IMG/VR virus record: IMGVR_UViG_3300020160_000289
Coordinates: 27,549 to 91,548 of that record
Reading direction: 5' to 3' (one strand)
Source: a virus
DNA: 64,000 nt
Position numbers and translations under genes: made by a program. The notes beneath the pieces were generated by a model that searched no databases, was not told the origin of the DNA, and saw only the letters and a list, made by a program, of their open reading frames with translations. Below, in pieces: positions 29,646 to 39,561 of the stretch (the first letter of the stretch is position 1; each line of letters starts with the position of its first letter).

Positions 29646-30824
29646 TTAACGGAAAGAAACGTTTGCGCTTGTGATAGCAACTTTGCCTAGGTAGTCAGCT
29701 GCATTACCTAGAGAAGAAGCAGTGTTTGTCAACTCAACATAGCCGTAGCGTGTTAAGAAGCCAACTACTGGTTCGAATGTTGCTGGGTCTAGAACAACAC
29801 CAGAACTCATTAGAGGAATGTAAGGGCAATAGAATGCCGCTGCATCAGCCTCGGAAGGTCCTTTGTAACCAATTAGACATTGGTTGTTGTCGTCTGTATC
29901 GCTTAGATAAGCATCAACATAGATTCTCATGCTGTTATTCAATGTACCAACAAACTTAGTGTTTGTAGGAGCTTCGAATGTACCTTCTGTTGTACGAGCA
30001 AATGCGCTTGTAGTAGCAGATTGTAGGATTGTCAAAGCCTGGTTAGAAATAACTGCCCAGTTAGCAGAACCACGACGTGTACGCTGAGCGATCAAGTTAG
30101 CAACACGGTTGATCTGAACTGCCAATGCGGCATGCTCGTCACCAACGAATGTAGCTGTACCAGATACAGCGGCTTGGTCATAAGTTTGTTCAACTGTGCC
30201 TAGAGCACGTAAAGAACCTAGAATTTCTTGGTCGATTTCAGCAGTAATTTCTTGTGCTAAAGCGGCCATGATTTCTGCTTCGATGTCAATACCTTGCATA
30301 GCTTGAGCATCTTGTGCTGCCTCGAAAGTCCAACGAGCGCTTAGTTTACGAGACTTAGCTTCGACTGGTGCTTTCAAGATTTGAATGCTCATACGCTTGC
30401 CTGGTTGGCCTTCTAAGATAGAAGTTGTTTGAGCTTTCGGTGTTGCATTGTTGTTACCGGAGTAACCAGCTGCAATCTTGAATGGGCTTAGTGCCTCATC
30501 TCCAGCTACCACGGAATCGCCGCTTGATGTATCAGCGTAACGAACACGTAGAGTATGGATTTGTGCTACTGGGCCTGTCATTGGTTGAACACCAACGATT
30601 TCGTTAGCAATAACGGTTGGCATAACACGACGAATAACTGGAAGAATAACGCGGTTTAAAGTTGCGATATTACCAGTGCTTGTAGCACCTGCGGATGCAG
30701 ATTCTGCCAAGTACTTGCGTGTGTTTTCCAAGCAAACTGCCATTGAAGACTTACGTGTACCGGATAGGCCTTCAAGCAGAGCTTCTTTGGTCTCTGACCA
30801 TCTTTCATTTAATAATTGTGACAT
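29646..30824 (-). CDS. gp23: Major capsid protein (T4 gp23 family)
   Basis: 392 aa. VGVQPMTGP, KSRKLSARWTFEAAQD, EITAEIDQEI, AFYCPYIPL, FEPVVGFLTRYG. Confidence 0.97.
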   Translation of the reverse strand: MSQLLNERWSETKEALLEGLSGTRKSSMAVCLENTRKYLAESASAGATSTGNIATLNRVILPVIRRVMPTVIANEIVGVQPMTGPVAQIHTLRVRYADTSSGDSVVAGDEALSPFKIAAGYSGNNNATPKAQTTSILEGQPGKRMSIQILKAPVEAKSRKLSARWTFEAAQDAQAMQGIDIEAEIMAALAQEITAEIDQEILGSLRALGTVEQTYDQAAVSGTATFVGDEHAALAVQINRVANLIAQRTRRGSANWAVISNQALTILQSATTSAFARTTEGTFEAPTNTKFVGTLNNSMRIYVDAYLSDTDDNNQCLIGYKGPSEADAAAFYCPYIPLMSSGVVLDPATFEPVVGFLTRYGYVELTNTASSLGNAADYLGKVAITSANVSFR

Positions 30825-30850
30825 TTTATGTCTTCTCCTTGAATATTAAA

Positions 30851-31951
30851 TTATTTTAGTCCCGCTAATTTGCGGATATCTAAAATATTATCTGAGCCTA
30901 CCTGTGGCTGTTTGTTTTCACGATCTCCAGTTACAACTGCGCTTTCAGATAGCATTTCTGGGGCTTTCGCCTTTACTGCTTTCTTCATACCGCCTTCCAT
31001 AACTGCTGGTAGGTATTTGTCAAATGCTTCATTCAGTTTTGCAGTCTGTACAGACTCTAGCAATTCTTTCATGATTCCCTTTTTGTCAGCACTTAGTGGT
31101 GCTAACAATTCCGCCATTACTTCTTTGCGATTAGCAACGTCATGAGCAACGCGGATTTCGCGGTCTTTAGACTCTACTAATTTTGCCTTTTCAGTAACAA
31201 CAGATCTTGCTTCAGCTAGCTCTAGCTCTTTCTTTTCGATAACCTTTAACAGTTTTGATGTTTCAGATTTTTCGTTCAAGTAGCTTGTGCTGAACTCTTG
31301 AGCAAACGCTTCAAATAAACGACGACCGAATGAGTTTTCACGAGCTGAGTCGATGTCTTCCTTGAGCTGTTTCATCTCTTTGGTCAATGTCTTCTTAACT
31401 GTTTCTTCAACAATTCCGGCGCTACGTTTAATAAACTTAGCTCTAACTTCTTCAAATTTGCCTTTAGCTTCGCGGACTAGACGAACTTTAGCTTCAGCTA
31501 AATCGCGCTTGTCTACAGCAAACTCGTTTATTTCTCTTGCTAGAGCAGTTACAATGAACTGTTCTAACTTAGCAAAATTCTCACTAACTTTCTTACGATC
31601 GCTTTGGAACTCTACCATTTCCTTACCTAGCTGTTTTAGAATAAATGATTCCATAACTTTGGCATCACTACCCATCTTGCGTTGATAAGCAACCTTAGCT
31701 TCCGCTAATGCTTTTTTATCTTCAGCAAGTTCAGCCATTTCAACGGCCAATCTCTCACCGACCATCTTGTCAAGTGCTTCAACCATTACGCTCTTATCAT
31801 GAGAATAACGTTGAGCAAACTCTTCACGAAGTTCAGCAGTGACTTGGTCGCGATTCTCTTGAATCTTCTGATTTAAAGCAGATTCAATCATAGACTTATC
31901 GTCTTCTGACATCATGCCACTTTCGACCAGCTTATTGAATGCGTCCAACAT
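30851..31951 (-). CDS. gp22: Prohead core scaffolding protein (gp22-like)
   Basis: 366 aa Glu/Lys coiled coil between the protease and capsid genes; GRRLFEAF motif. Confidence 0.85.
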   Translation of the reverse strand: MLDAFNKLVESGMMSEDDKSMIESALNQKIQENRDQVTAELREEFAQRYSHDKSVMVEALDKMVGERLAVEMAELAEDKKALAEAKVAYQRKMGSDAKVMESFILKQLGKEMVEFQSDRKKVSENFAKLEQFIVTALAREINEFAVDKRDLAEAKVRLVREAKGKFEEVRAKFIKRSAGIVEETVKKTLTKEMKQLKEDIDSARENSFGRRLFEAFAQEFSTSYLNEKSETSKLLKVIEKKELELAEARSVVTEKAKLVESKDREIRVAHDVANRKEVMAELLAPLSADKKGIMKELLESVQTAKLNEAFDKYLPAVMEGGMKKAVKAKAPEMLSESAVVTGDRENKQPQVGSDNILDIRKLAGLK

Positions 31952-31963
31952 CGCTTTGTCTCC

Positions 31964-32596
31964 TTAGGGTTTTAACCCATTAATAATATTAAGCATCGCC
32001 TCGCGGAGATACTTCTGGGCCTTTGGATCTTGTTTTACCTCTTGCGCCACCCTAAACGCTCTACTACCGCCTCTCATATTCATAAGATGCTCGTAGACTG
32101 GTGTAGGATAAGCTCCTGGCGCACTTGGCTGGGCAACAATGTCGACTGTGATAATCTCAAATTCGGATACTTTACCGCTAGCCTCGTCAACGTTTCCGCT
32201 GCCTCGACTGCTGACGCCAAGTTTTACACCGGCTTCAAGCATAGTACGAACTAAATTGCCCATCGGAGTAGGAAGGACTTTCATCTTTCCATAACCATTA
32301 GGACCGTCCATCCACATATCTGTTATCATGTGTGACACACGGTCTAAATTTACTTTTAAGTCATCTGGATGATCAACTTCGCCTAGAACACTATAACCAT
32401 TTTGAATCTGGTCATTTAAAGTTTTAACGGCATTTGTAATTTCATCTACAGGATACACACGCTGGTTAGCATTGCGTATACCGCCTTGGATAGCAATACC
32501 TTTTAGAAAAAGGTTCTTGCCATCTTTGTCGTCAGATTCTAAAACTACTCTAGCTTGATCAAAACTTAAATGTTCTCTTAGGTATGATAATTTCAT
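31964..32596 (-). CDS. gp21: Prohead protease (gp21)
   Basis: NANQRVYP, GEVDHP, KLGVSSRGSG, DIVAQPSAPGA. Confidence 0.96.
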   Translation of the reverse strand: MKLSYLREHLSFDQARVVLESDDKDGKNLFLKGIAIQGGIRNANQRVYPVDEITNAVKTLNDQIQNGYSVLGEVDHPDDLKVNLDRVSHMITDMWMDGPNGYGKMKVLPTPMGNLVRTMLEAGVKLGVSSRGSGNVDEASGKVSEFEIITVDIVAQPSAPGAYPTPVYEHLMNMRGGSRAFRVAQEVKQDPKAQKYLREAMLNIINGLKP

Positions 32597-32609
32597 CCCG
32601 ATTTCCTAA

Positions 32610-33635
32610 TTAAGCGTTACGATTAGGAGCACCATTTAATGGGCTCTTTACAACACCAACGCTTGTCTGTCCTGCTTTGTCACCTGATCCAGAACCAACT
32701 GGGCCTGCTGACTTGTTATTACCTGGATATCCAGAGCCTTGCTTGCTTGTAGCAGAACCGCTCTTCATGCTTGAGGAAGAACTGCTAGAGATGTTCTTTT
32801 CAACACCTTTAGTGAATTCACCTTTTGTAGCGCCTAAAAGACCACGTGAGCCTTTGTCAGCGTTAGGGCTTGTACCAGTATTGCTACTAGTGTCAGCACC
32901 TTTACCACCTAGGATATTGTGTGCTGATGCGCCTGTAGTAGGCTTGCCTTTACCAGAACTTACTGGGCTTTTTGTATCAGATACAGAAGTTTGACCAGCC
33001 ATTTCGCCTTTACCAGAACCTACTGGACCTGGAGTCTTCATGCTGTTCTTTTCCCAGTCGTTACCTACTTTTTCACGGTATTCACGAGTCATTTGACGTG
33101 ATTCAAATTGACCCATACCCATGGATTCGTCTTCATCTTCTTCGTCTGCTTCTTCGTCATCAGCTTCTTCGCCGTCTTCTTCGCCGCCAAAATCAGGATC
33201 TTCTTCACCATCATTGTGCTCTGGCTCATTTTGTTCATCAGCCATTAGTGCTTCAAATTCAGCTTTTAGTTCTTCTAGAGCATCCTCTAGATCGGAAATT
33301 CTTTCTTCTTCGGTTCCCTCAGCGTCATCACCGATATCGCCGGCCATGTCACCTTCGTCACCCATATCGCCCATAGCGGAAGGGTCACTTAGATCGCCGA
33401 CCATGTCGTCGGTTTCGTCGCCACCAATTTCTAGGGTAGTTTCTTCTTCGATGGATTCATCATCTTCTTCATCAGAAGCTTCTTCCATTTCTTCCTCTTC
33501 CTTTGCTTCTTCAGCAATCATATTTTCGTATATTTCTCTAGACTTCTCAACAACGATTTCATGGAACAATTCATTTGCCTTGTCCATTTCCTCGTTGACT
33601 AGAAGATCTAATAGTTGTTCAAACTTGTTAGACAT
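32610..33635 (-). CDS. Acidic prohead core/internal protein (positional analogue of gp67/gp68)
   Basis: 341 aa. Very acidic N-half and G/S/K-rich C-half; located between portal and protease. Confidence 0.6.
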   Translation of the reverse strand: MSNKFEQLLDLLVNEEMDKANELFHEIVVEKSREIYENMIAEEAKEEEEMEEASDEEDDESIEEETTLEIGGDETDDMVGDLSDPSAMGDMGDEGDMAGDIGDDAEGTEEERISDLEDALEELKAEFEALMADEQNEPEHNDGEEDPDFGGEEDGEEADDEEADEEDEDESMGMGQFESRQMTREYREKVGNDWEKNSMKTPGPVGSGKGEMAGQTSVSDTKSPVSSGKGKPTTGASAHNILGGKGADTSSNTGTSPNADKGSRGLLGATKGEFTKGVEKNISSSSSSSMKSGSATSKQGSGYPGNNKSAGPVGSGSGDKAGQTSVGVVKSPLNGAPNRNA

Positions 33636-33677
33636 TGCGGTATTCTCCTTTAATTAGATGCGGCAAGGCTGTCGATG

Positions 33678-33683
33678 TATTTA
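33678..33683 (-). promoter_or_regulatory. Late promoter core TAAATA
   Basis: TGTAAATA upstream of the AAGGAG SD of 33635; a second copy lies at 33782-33787. Confidence 0.6.
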
Positions 33684-33816
33684 CAGCCAAGATGTAATAC
33701 TTATGTGAAATGGGTCGAAAACGGTCAATTCCGACAAAAGGTGACAGAGTTTTAACTCTTTTTTGATTTGTTTTGTAAAAATATTTAACGATTTATTAGA
33801 AAAATTAACTAATAAG

Positions 33817-34059
33817 TTATTGAGCCATCTCGGGAGGAGGCGGTGCGTACATCACTTTTACAAACTCTAAATGTTCTTTTTGCTCTTTCTCTCGAGCATC
33901 TCCAGCTTTTCGTAAATCATTTAACATACGTAAAGTTAATCGTGTCTTACGTGTGTCTTTAGCACTTACAATAGATTTGTCGTCAAACGGATTGTACCTA
34001 TCATCATTGTCTAGGGCACTTTCGGTTTCTTTAAAGTAAATAAATTCGTTTAGCAACAT
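33817..34059 (-). CDS. Small head-module protein
   Basis: 80 aa. MLLNE start (L-x-E, gp21-type cleavage motif) and DTRKTRLTL motif; follows the portal gene. Confidence 0.7.
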   Translation of the reverse strand: MLLNEFIYFKETESALDNDDRYNPFDDKSIVSAKDTRKTRLTLRMLNDLRKAGDAREKEQKEHLEFVKVMYAPPPPEMAQ

Positions 34060-34064
34060 ATCAA

Positions 34065-34070
34065 TATTTA
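34065..34070 (-). promoter_or_regulatory. Late promoter core TAAATA
   Basis: GATAAATA 5 nt upstream of the ATG at 34059, which would give a near-leaderless transcript. Confidence 0.55.
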
Positions 34071-34077
34071 TCCAAAT

Positions 34078-35784
34078 TTATGCCGTAGGAGCCGGTGCGC
34101 CGTTGCCCATATCAGTAGGTGCTCCGCCTGCCTCAGCGCCAGGTTCGGGAGCAAGTTCTCCTGCCTGTCCTAGATTTTCCATATCGCTCTGCATACCACC
34201 GCTAGTAACTCCGCCTGAACGTAGTTCTGAACTAGCACTTGGTGCTTTCATACTTAAACCGTTTTCTTCTTTCCACATTTCTTCGTTTTCTGCCATTTCT
34301 TCTTGTGTTAGACCTAAGTAGCGTTTTAAAGCAAAGCGTTTGCTGATATGTGGAATAGTTACAATGGTTCCAAAGCTACTAATTCTAGCAGTATCCATTT
34401 CAGTTTGACGATATGCGGCAAAGTTTTGTGGAGGATTAAACTGTAATTCAAATACATTAGGGTCAAAGTTAATGCCTTTGTCCTGTAGATATTCCTTGAA
34501 TCCTACATCAAATTTCTCATTTAACAGGCTTTGTAATCGCTCGCAGTACTTGTTAAATCTTAATTCCTGTATGTAAGCAGTACCGACTCTGCCATCATTG
34601 AAACTGCTTCCTCCGTCATCTGGTCCAGTAGGTAAGTAGCTACTAGGAATACGTAAAGCACGGAACAACTTGTTAGTAAAATAACGTAAATCATCAATTT
34701 CTCCTAGGTTAGTGCCACCTGGTAAAATTTCAACTTTACTGCCTCGACCTTCGCTTGTCTGTGGAAAAAAGTAGTCTTCGTTAATGCTTAACGGGTTGTA
34801 GCTACTGTCCACAACAGTTTGTCCACCTCCAGTAACTGAAGGAATTCGTCGCTGATTAACTTCGTTTTTAACACGCTCAACAAAAGACATAGCAAGGTGA
34901 CTTGGCATATTACCAACGTCAATATAAAATACCCTTCGTTCTGGAGCACGTTGGACGCGGTAGATAATGATAGCATCTTCTAGTAATTCCTTTTGCTTGT
35001 AAACTTTAAAAATACTTTCTAAAAGACTGTTTCCAAAAGGAAAGTTATTGTCTAACCCTTCACTCATTGACAAATGAACTACGTGTTTAGCATCAATTGC
35101 CCATTGAGTTTGATTGACTCCAAACCTGTTTCCTACGTTTGTAGGATAGGAGCCTGTCATCGATCTGCCGGTGCCGCCAGAGGTACTAACGTTTCCATTA
35201 GGAGGCCCGCCGTTTGTAGCATTAGGTGCGATCTGTGTCACACTTAAATTTAAAAAATTAGGATTTAGATCACGGATTACATACTGTTCAGGATGCTTTC
35301 CATCGCTTTCATTGACGATAATCTTGTCAACTTTTTGCGGATCTACATAAAACCAAGCCTGTGTTTCTGGGTCTCTAACAAAGAAACAATCGCCATATTT
35401 GAATGCGTTTCTTACAATTTTAAAGATGCGTGTTTGAAATTTATTAAGTTTTGTCCACTGCTGTAGATACTTTTTAATAACTTTTACTTCAGTAGGAGTA
35501 GCTTGATCTTTAAAGAAAATTTGGAACGGAGTACCGTTTTCTTCATTTAGTTGGCAACAAAACTCTGCTAAAATATCAAGAGCGGCATTTACTTCACTGT
35601 CGCTGTCCATGGTATCGTACTGCTGATATCGATCAAGACGATTTGGATGTCCTGAATAAACATCTGGTAGATAAGAACTATAATTAGATCGGCTACCTGT
35701 TGGGCGGTCAGCACCACCGCCACTTAATGGACTAAGTGCTCCTGAAGTATTTGCTACTGGTGTAAAGTATTTTTTCCAAGACAT
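34078..35784 (-). CDS. gp20: Portal vertex protein (gp20)
   Basis: EDAIIIYRVQRAPERRVFYIDVGNMP, EDYFFP, LPGGTNLGEIDD, ALRIPSSYL. Confidence 0.97.
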   Translation of the reverse strand: MSWKKYFTPVANTSGALSPLSGGGADRPTGSRSNYSSYLPDVYSGHPNRLDRYQQYDTMDSDSEVNAALDILAEFCCQLNEENGTPFQIFFKDQATPTEVKVIKKYLQQWTKLNKFQTRIFKIVRNAFKYGDCFFVRDPETQAWFYVDPQKVDKIIVNESDGKHPEQYVIRDLNPNFLNLSVTQIAPNATNGGPPNGNVSTSGGTGRSMTGSYPTNVGNRFGVNQTQWAIDAKHVVHLSMSEGLDNNFPFGNSLLESIFKVYKQKELLEDAIIIYRVQRAPERRVFYIDVGNMPSHLAMSFVERVKNEVNQRRIPSVTGGGQTVVDSSYNPLSINEDYFFPQTSEGRGSKVEILPGGTNLGEIDDLRYFTNKLFRALRIPSSYLPTGPDDGGSSFNDGRVGTAYIQELRFNKYCERLQSLLNEKFDVGFKEYLQDKGINFDPNVFELQFNPPQNFAAYRQTEMDTARISSFGTIVTIPHISKRFALKRYLGLTQEEMAENEEMWKEENGLSMKAPSASSELRSGGVTSGGMQSDMENLGQAGELAPEPGAEAGGAPTDMGNGAPAPTA

Positions 35785-35785
35785 A

Positions 35786-38392
35786 TTATTGGTATAGGTT
35801 TCCGTTTAGCGATCTAGTTGCATCAAGCTGTCTTTCATCAAATTCAACAGCTCGCTTAATTAAGCCGAGCGTTTGTCTAGATATGTTATTTAACGTTTGC
35901 AGCTCTTCTAGCAATTTTTCACTGCCGCCTATACCTAGGGCACTGGCTGCTCCTTGTACACCTTGACGAGCATCTTGAACTAACGGATCGGCCGCCCTGG
36001 CTAGTTTTTGTCCAAATTCAGTTACTGCCTTAGTTGCGTCAGCCAAGGCCGCTTGTGGATTGTTTGCTACGTTTTGGATCTTAGTAGATACTTCGCTAGC
36101 AGATGGTAATCCGCTGATAAACTCTTTTATAGAACTTCGTGTTATGCCGCCTCCGCCTAACGGAACAACTGCTTCGTTGCCGTGTAATCGCACATCGTAC
36201 CCAGTTTTTGGTCCATTAAAAACTCCGCCAGTGCGTGCAGCAGGAGGTACTTTCTTAGCTTCCTCGGCATCTTTTCTCTTTAGCTCTTCAACTTTTTTAG
36301 CTAGCGAACCCAACGTAACATCCTTGCCCTCTTTCATTAGGTCTTCTTGGGCTCGATTTCTGTACTGATTGTCATTCATCTTTTGCTGAGTTTGAGCAGC
36401 CGGTGCCCTAGCTTGAGGAGCAACAGCATTGCCTGCTGTACCCTTTCTAGCTTCTTCTTCTCGTTGTTTTATTATGCTGTCCTGGATGGGTTTAAGTTTC
36501 TTAAACCCAGCTATCTCTGCTTCAATCTGAGCTTTTTCTTCAGCTGTTAATTTTTCCTTAGAATCTGCATTAGCCTTGGCGCTGTCTTTTAATTTTGTTT
36601 CTCTCATCTGTATTTCATGAGCAGTTCTAGCGGCATCGGCTTTGGCATCATATATTGCTTTTTCCGCATTTAATTTCTTTCTATCGTTCTCAGCATCTTT
36701 TTCGTCGTAAAGCCAACTAGGCAATATTCCTTTTTTAACTTCAATTAATATATTTTTAAACGCCCATAGTATGTCATTGATAATTTTATCTTGGCCTTCT
36801 TTGGTAAAAATATCTTTGACAAATCTTTGAAGGAAGGCGCCTAGCATCCTTGCGCCTTCTTGTATTGCTGGCATATTATCTCTAGCAAAATTTAAAAGAC
36901 TTTTAGCAACTTCAGACACAACAGGACCCATTGCTTCAAACACTGGTAACAACGCACCCATTAGTTCAGACCCTAATGCTTTTAGAGCTTTTTCTGCTTG
37001 GGCGGCTGCGGCTGCGGCTGAAGTGTTTTGTTTTAATTGCTTTTCACGTTCATCTCGAATTGCTTGTTGAATTGCAGCTTCTTCTGTTAAACCTTTTGCT
37101 TTGTATTTGTTTACAGTTTCTTGTACAGACATCAACGTAGTGGCAAACTTATCACCAGTCATACCACCGGCACGCATTACAGTTTCAAATTGTTTTAAAT
37201 CTTTAATATTACCTGCTACTGCTTTACCAAAAGTTTTGTCTAGAGCAAGTTGACTTTCTTGCAAAGTTTTTCCATTTTTAACAATTTTGTAAAATTCTTC
37301 AATACTTTGACCACCTTGCTGCATGGTAGCCATGTACATTTGTGCTTCTTCTGTCAACGGAGGAAGTCCCATTAGTTTGGCCTTAAGGGCGTCGGCTGCG
37401 CCTTTGCCTCCACTTTCCATTGCTAAACGTAGTGCAGCATTGGCTTTTTCTCTTTCGTCTGCGTCTAATCCATTTAGGTAGCTTTGAAAGTTAGCATCCT
37501 GAGTCATCGACTCTTGTTGTTTTTCTAATTCTTCTCTACTCTTACCAGTTAGTCGAGCTAGCACATCAAGTTCTTTTCCGTAGTTTGCTACAGATTGAGA
37601 AACACCACGATAGTCTTTCTTTTGAGCTTCACTTAGTCCGCCGTTGACTTTAACATAGTTGGCCGCAAGTTCGTTTATGTCTTTGAACCCGTAACCTAAT
37701 GCTAGCAGATTATTACCTAAGTTACCTGTAGTTAATGCCTTGGCTATTCCTCTAAATGCGCGAGCTCCGTCGTCTGTACTACTGCCTAGTAAACTGATAG
37801 ATTTAGCATTTTCTTTAATAAATGAACCATACTGTTCCATAGTTAGGCCGGCTTCTAATGCCTGTAGTCTAACTTGATTTAAGTCTCCTCCAAGATTAAC
37901 ACCTACCTTAGATAAGTCTCTAAACGCATTTAGGTTAGCTTCTTGGAACTGTGCCATCTTTTCAAATAAGCCAGCAACTAGACCGAGCCCTAACGGAAGA
38001 TCTTTAAATGCTCCAAACAGTCCACTTACACTGGCAGTACCGTCGAGCAACTTGCCAGCAAAGTCAGTTAGATTGCCTACAGTTTTAAATGCACTGGCAG
38101 TTAGGTCACCAATGACTCCGCCTAACACTAGGGCAGTTTTTGCTAGTCCACCCATTGCCACTGACGCAATTTTGCCAGCGCCAAAGGCAGCTTGCCCTAA
38201 AGCATTTGCTCCTTTGTTAGCTTCAGCAATGGCTTTTGGATCCATACCGGACCTTGATGCTAGATTAACCAATCTAGTCATCTGGGCGTTAGAACCAGAT
38301 ACCGCTTGCAACAGAGCTTTTAACGTCGCTTCCGTGGCCGCATTATCTAATGCTACATCATTATCGCCAATTCTTCCGGTTACTTCTGCCAT
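35786..38392 (-). CDS. Tape-measure-like / tail length determinant
   Basis: 868 aa, Ala/Gly/Leu-rich helical; C-terminal ARTGGVFNGPKTGY..LHGNEAVVPL motif typical of tape measure proteins; adjacent to tail chaperones. Confidence 0.7.
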   Translation of the reverse strand: MAEVTGRIGDNDVALDNAATEATLKALLQAVSGSNAQMTRLVNLASRSGMDPKAIAEANKGANALGQAAFGAGKIASVAMGGLAKTALVLGGVIGDLTASAFKTVGNLTDFAGKLLDGTASVSGLFGAFKDLPLGLGLVAGLFEKMAQFQEANLNAFRDLSKVGVNLGGDLNQVRLQALEAGLTMEQYGSFIKENAKSISLLGSSTDDGARAFRGIAKALTTGNLGNNLLALGYGFKDINELAANYVKVNGGLSEAQKKDYRGVSQSVANYGKELDVLARLTGKSREELEKQQESMTQDANFQSYLNGLDADEREKANAALRLAMESGGKGAADALKAKLMGLPPLTEEAQMYMATMQQGGQSIEEFYKIVKNGKTLQESQLALDKTFGKAVAGNIKDLKQFETVMRAGGMTGDKFATTLMSVQETVNKYKAKGLTEEAAIQQAIRDEREKQLKQNTSAAAAAAQAEKALKALGSELMGALLPVFEAMGPVVSEVAKSLLNFARDNMPAIQEGARMLGAFLQRFVKDIFTKEGQDKIINDILWAFKNILIEVKKGILPSWLYDEKDAENDRKKLNAEKAIYDAKADAARTAHEIQMRETKLKDSAKANADSKEKLTAEEKAQIEAEIAGFKKLKPIQDSIIKQREEEARKGTAGNAVAPQARAPAAQTQQKMNDNQYRNRAQEDLMKEGKDVTLGSLAKKVEELKRKDAEEAKKVPPAARTGGVFNGPKTGYDVRLHGNEAVVPLGGGGITRSSIKEFISGLPSASEVSTKIQNVANNPQAALADATKAVTEFGQKLARAADPLVQDARQGVQGAASALGIGGSEKLLEELQTLNNISRQTLGLIKRAVEFDERQLDATRSLNGNLYQ

Positions 38393-38420
38393 TGTTATTT
38401 TCCTGGATTCTGTGCGTACA

Positions 38421-38453
38421 TAAATAATACGCAGACTTGTACTAGATTATTTA
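38421..38453. promoter_or_regulatory. Face-to-face late promoter pair
   Basis: TAAATA on the plus strand at 38421-38426 (towards 38468) and on the minus strand at 38448-38453 (towards 38392). Confidence 0.65.
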
Positions 38454-38467
38454 TCGGAGAATCAAAC

Positions 38468-39337
38468 ATGGTTTCAGAACAAAAAATTACGCCCAATCCA
38501 TTAGTAGGACTAATGCGTCAACCCAAGATTTTTATCAGGCTACCGAGTGGTGGTGAATATTGGGAAACGGGCTCTATTGATGTTCCAGATAACAGAGAGT
38601 TTCCTGTTTACTCAATGACGGCTCGAGACGAACTTATGTTAAAAGTTCCAGATGCTCTTATGAATGGTCAAGCAGTTGTTGATGTAATTCAGCATTGTAT
38701 GCCTAACATCAAGAACGCATGGAAAGCACCTAATCTAGATCTTGATGCTATACTGATCGCTATTCGCATTGCCACTTACGGTGAAAAGATGACTATCCCG
38801 TTAAGAATTAACGACGACGTTGATAATGAGTACACATTAGATCTACGTGTGGTGCTTGACGGACTACAAAATCAGATCTCTTGGGATCCTGTCGTACCTA
38901 TCAATGACGACCTTACTGTTTACGTAAGGCCGCTCAGTTATAAAGTCATGACGGACAGCGCACTTCAAACATTTGAAACACAAAAGATTATTCAACTGGT
39001 CAGCGATGATGCTATTCCAGAAGATCAAAAAATTGCAGCTTTTAAAGAAAGTTTTGCTAAATTAAATCAAATGACAATCAGTGTGATCAACAACAGCGTG
39101 TTCAAAGTTGAAAGCAGTCAAGGTACTACTGTTGACCAACGACACATTCAAGATTTCATGACCAATGCTGATAAAACAGTTTTTGATAAAGTTAAAAATC
39201 ACATTGATAAACTTAGAGAAAACAATTCTATCAAACCTTTAAAGATTGCTACCACAACAGAAATGCGTGCAGCGGGCGTAGTTGAAGACGAAATAGAATA
39301 TCCACTACAGTTTGATCCTACAAATTTTTTCGTCTAA
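38468..39337 (+). CDS. Baseplate hub assembly chaperone (gp26-like)
   Basis: 289 aa. IRLPSGG, MTARDELML, DLDAILIAIRIATYGE, ends NFFV like T4-family gp26. Confidence 0.75.
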   Translation: MVSEQKITPNPLVGLMRQPKIFIRLPSGGEYWETGSIDVPDNREFPVYSMTARDELMLKVPDALMNGQAVVDVIQHCMPNIKNAWKAPNLDLDAILIAIRIATYGEKMTIPLRINDDVDNEYTLDLRVVLDGLQNQISWDPVVPINDDLTVYVRPLSYKVMTDSALQTFETQKIIQLVSDDAIPEDQKIAAFKESFAKLNQMTISVINNSVFKVESSQGTTVDQRHIQDFMTNADKTVFDKVKNHIDKLRENNSIKPLKIATTTEMRAAGVVEDEIEYPLQFDPTNFFV

Positions 39338-39342
39338 GGCTT

Positions 39343-39561
39343 TTGTCTCTTAGCTTAGATGAAATTCAAGAGCTAAGTGACAAGATGGAAAAAGAGACAA
39401 AAGCCTATAAACTAGAACTTTATAGAATATGCTGGTTTATGCGAGGTAGTCTATCTGTCACTGAAGCGTTTGAACTTACTAATGAAGATATTGATGTGAT
39501 GGGGAATCTAATTAAAGATAATTTAGAAACTACCAAGAAGAGCCAACTGCCCTTCTTTTAA
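39343..39561 (+). CDS. gp51-like baseplate hub assembly protein (possibly made as a -1 frameshift fusion)
   Basis: 72 aa, TTG start with a poorly spaced SD; CWFMRGSLSVTEAFEL; follows the gp26-like gene in the -1 frame. Confidence 0.65.
   Translation: MSLSLDEIQELSDKMEKETKAYKLELYRICWFMRGSLSVTEAFELTNEDIDVMGNLIKDNLETTKKSQLPFF

Noticed and set aside
33746-33765. AGAGTT-TT-AACTCT-TTTTT hairpin as a terminator
   Set aside because: Weak AT-rich stem, and the T-tract is on the strand opposite to the flanking genes
1158-38423. Many short plus-strand ORFs inside the large minus-strand genes (e.g. 2393..2605, 7944..8294, 33121..33657)
   Set aside because: Antisense shadows produced by codon bias; no SD or recognisable motifs
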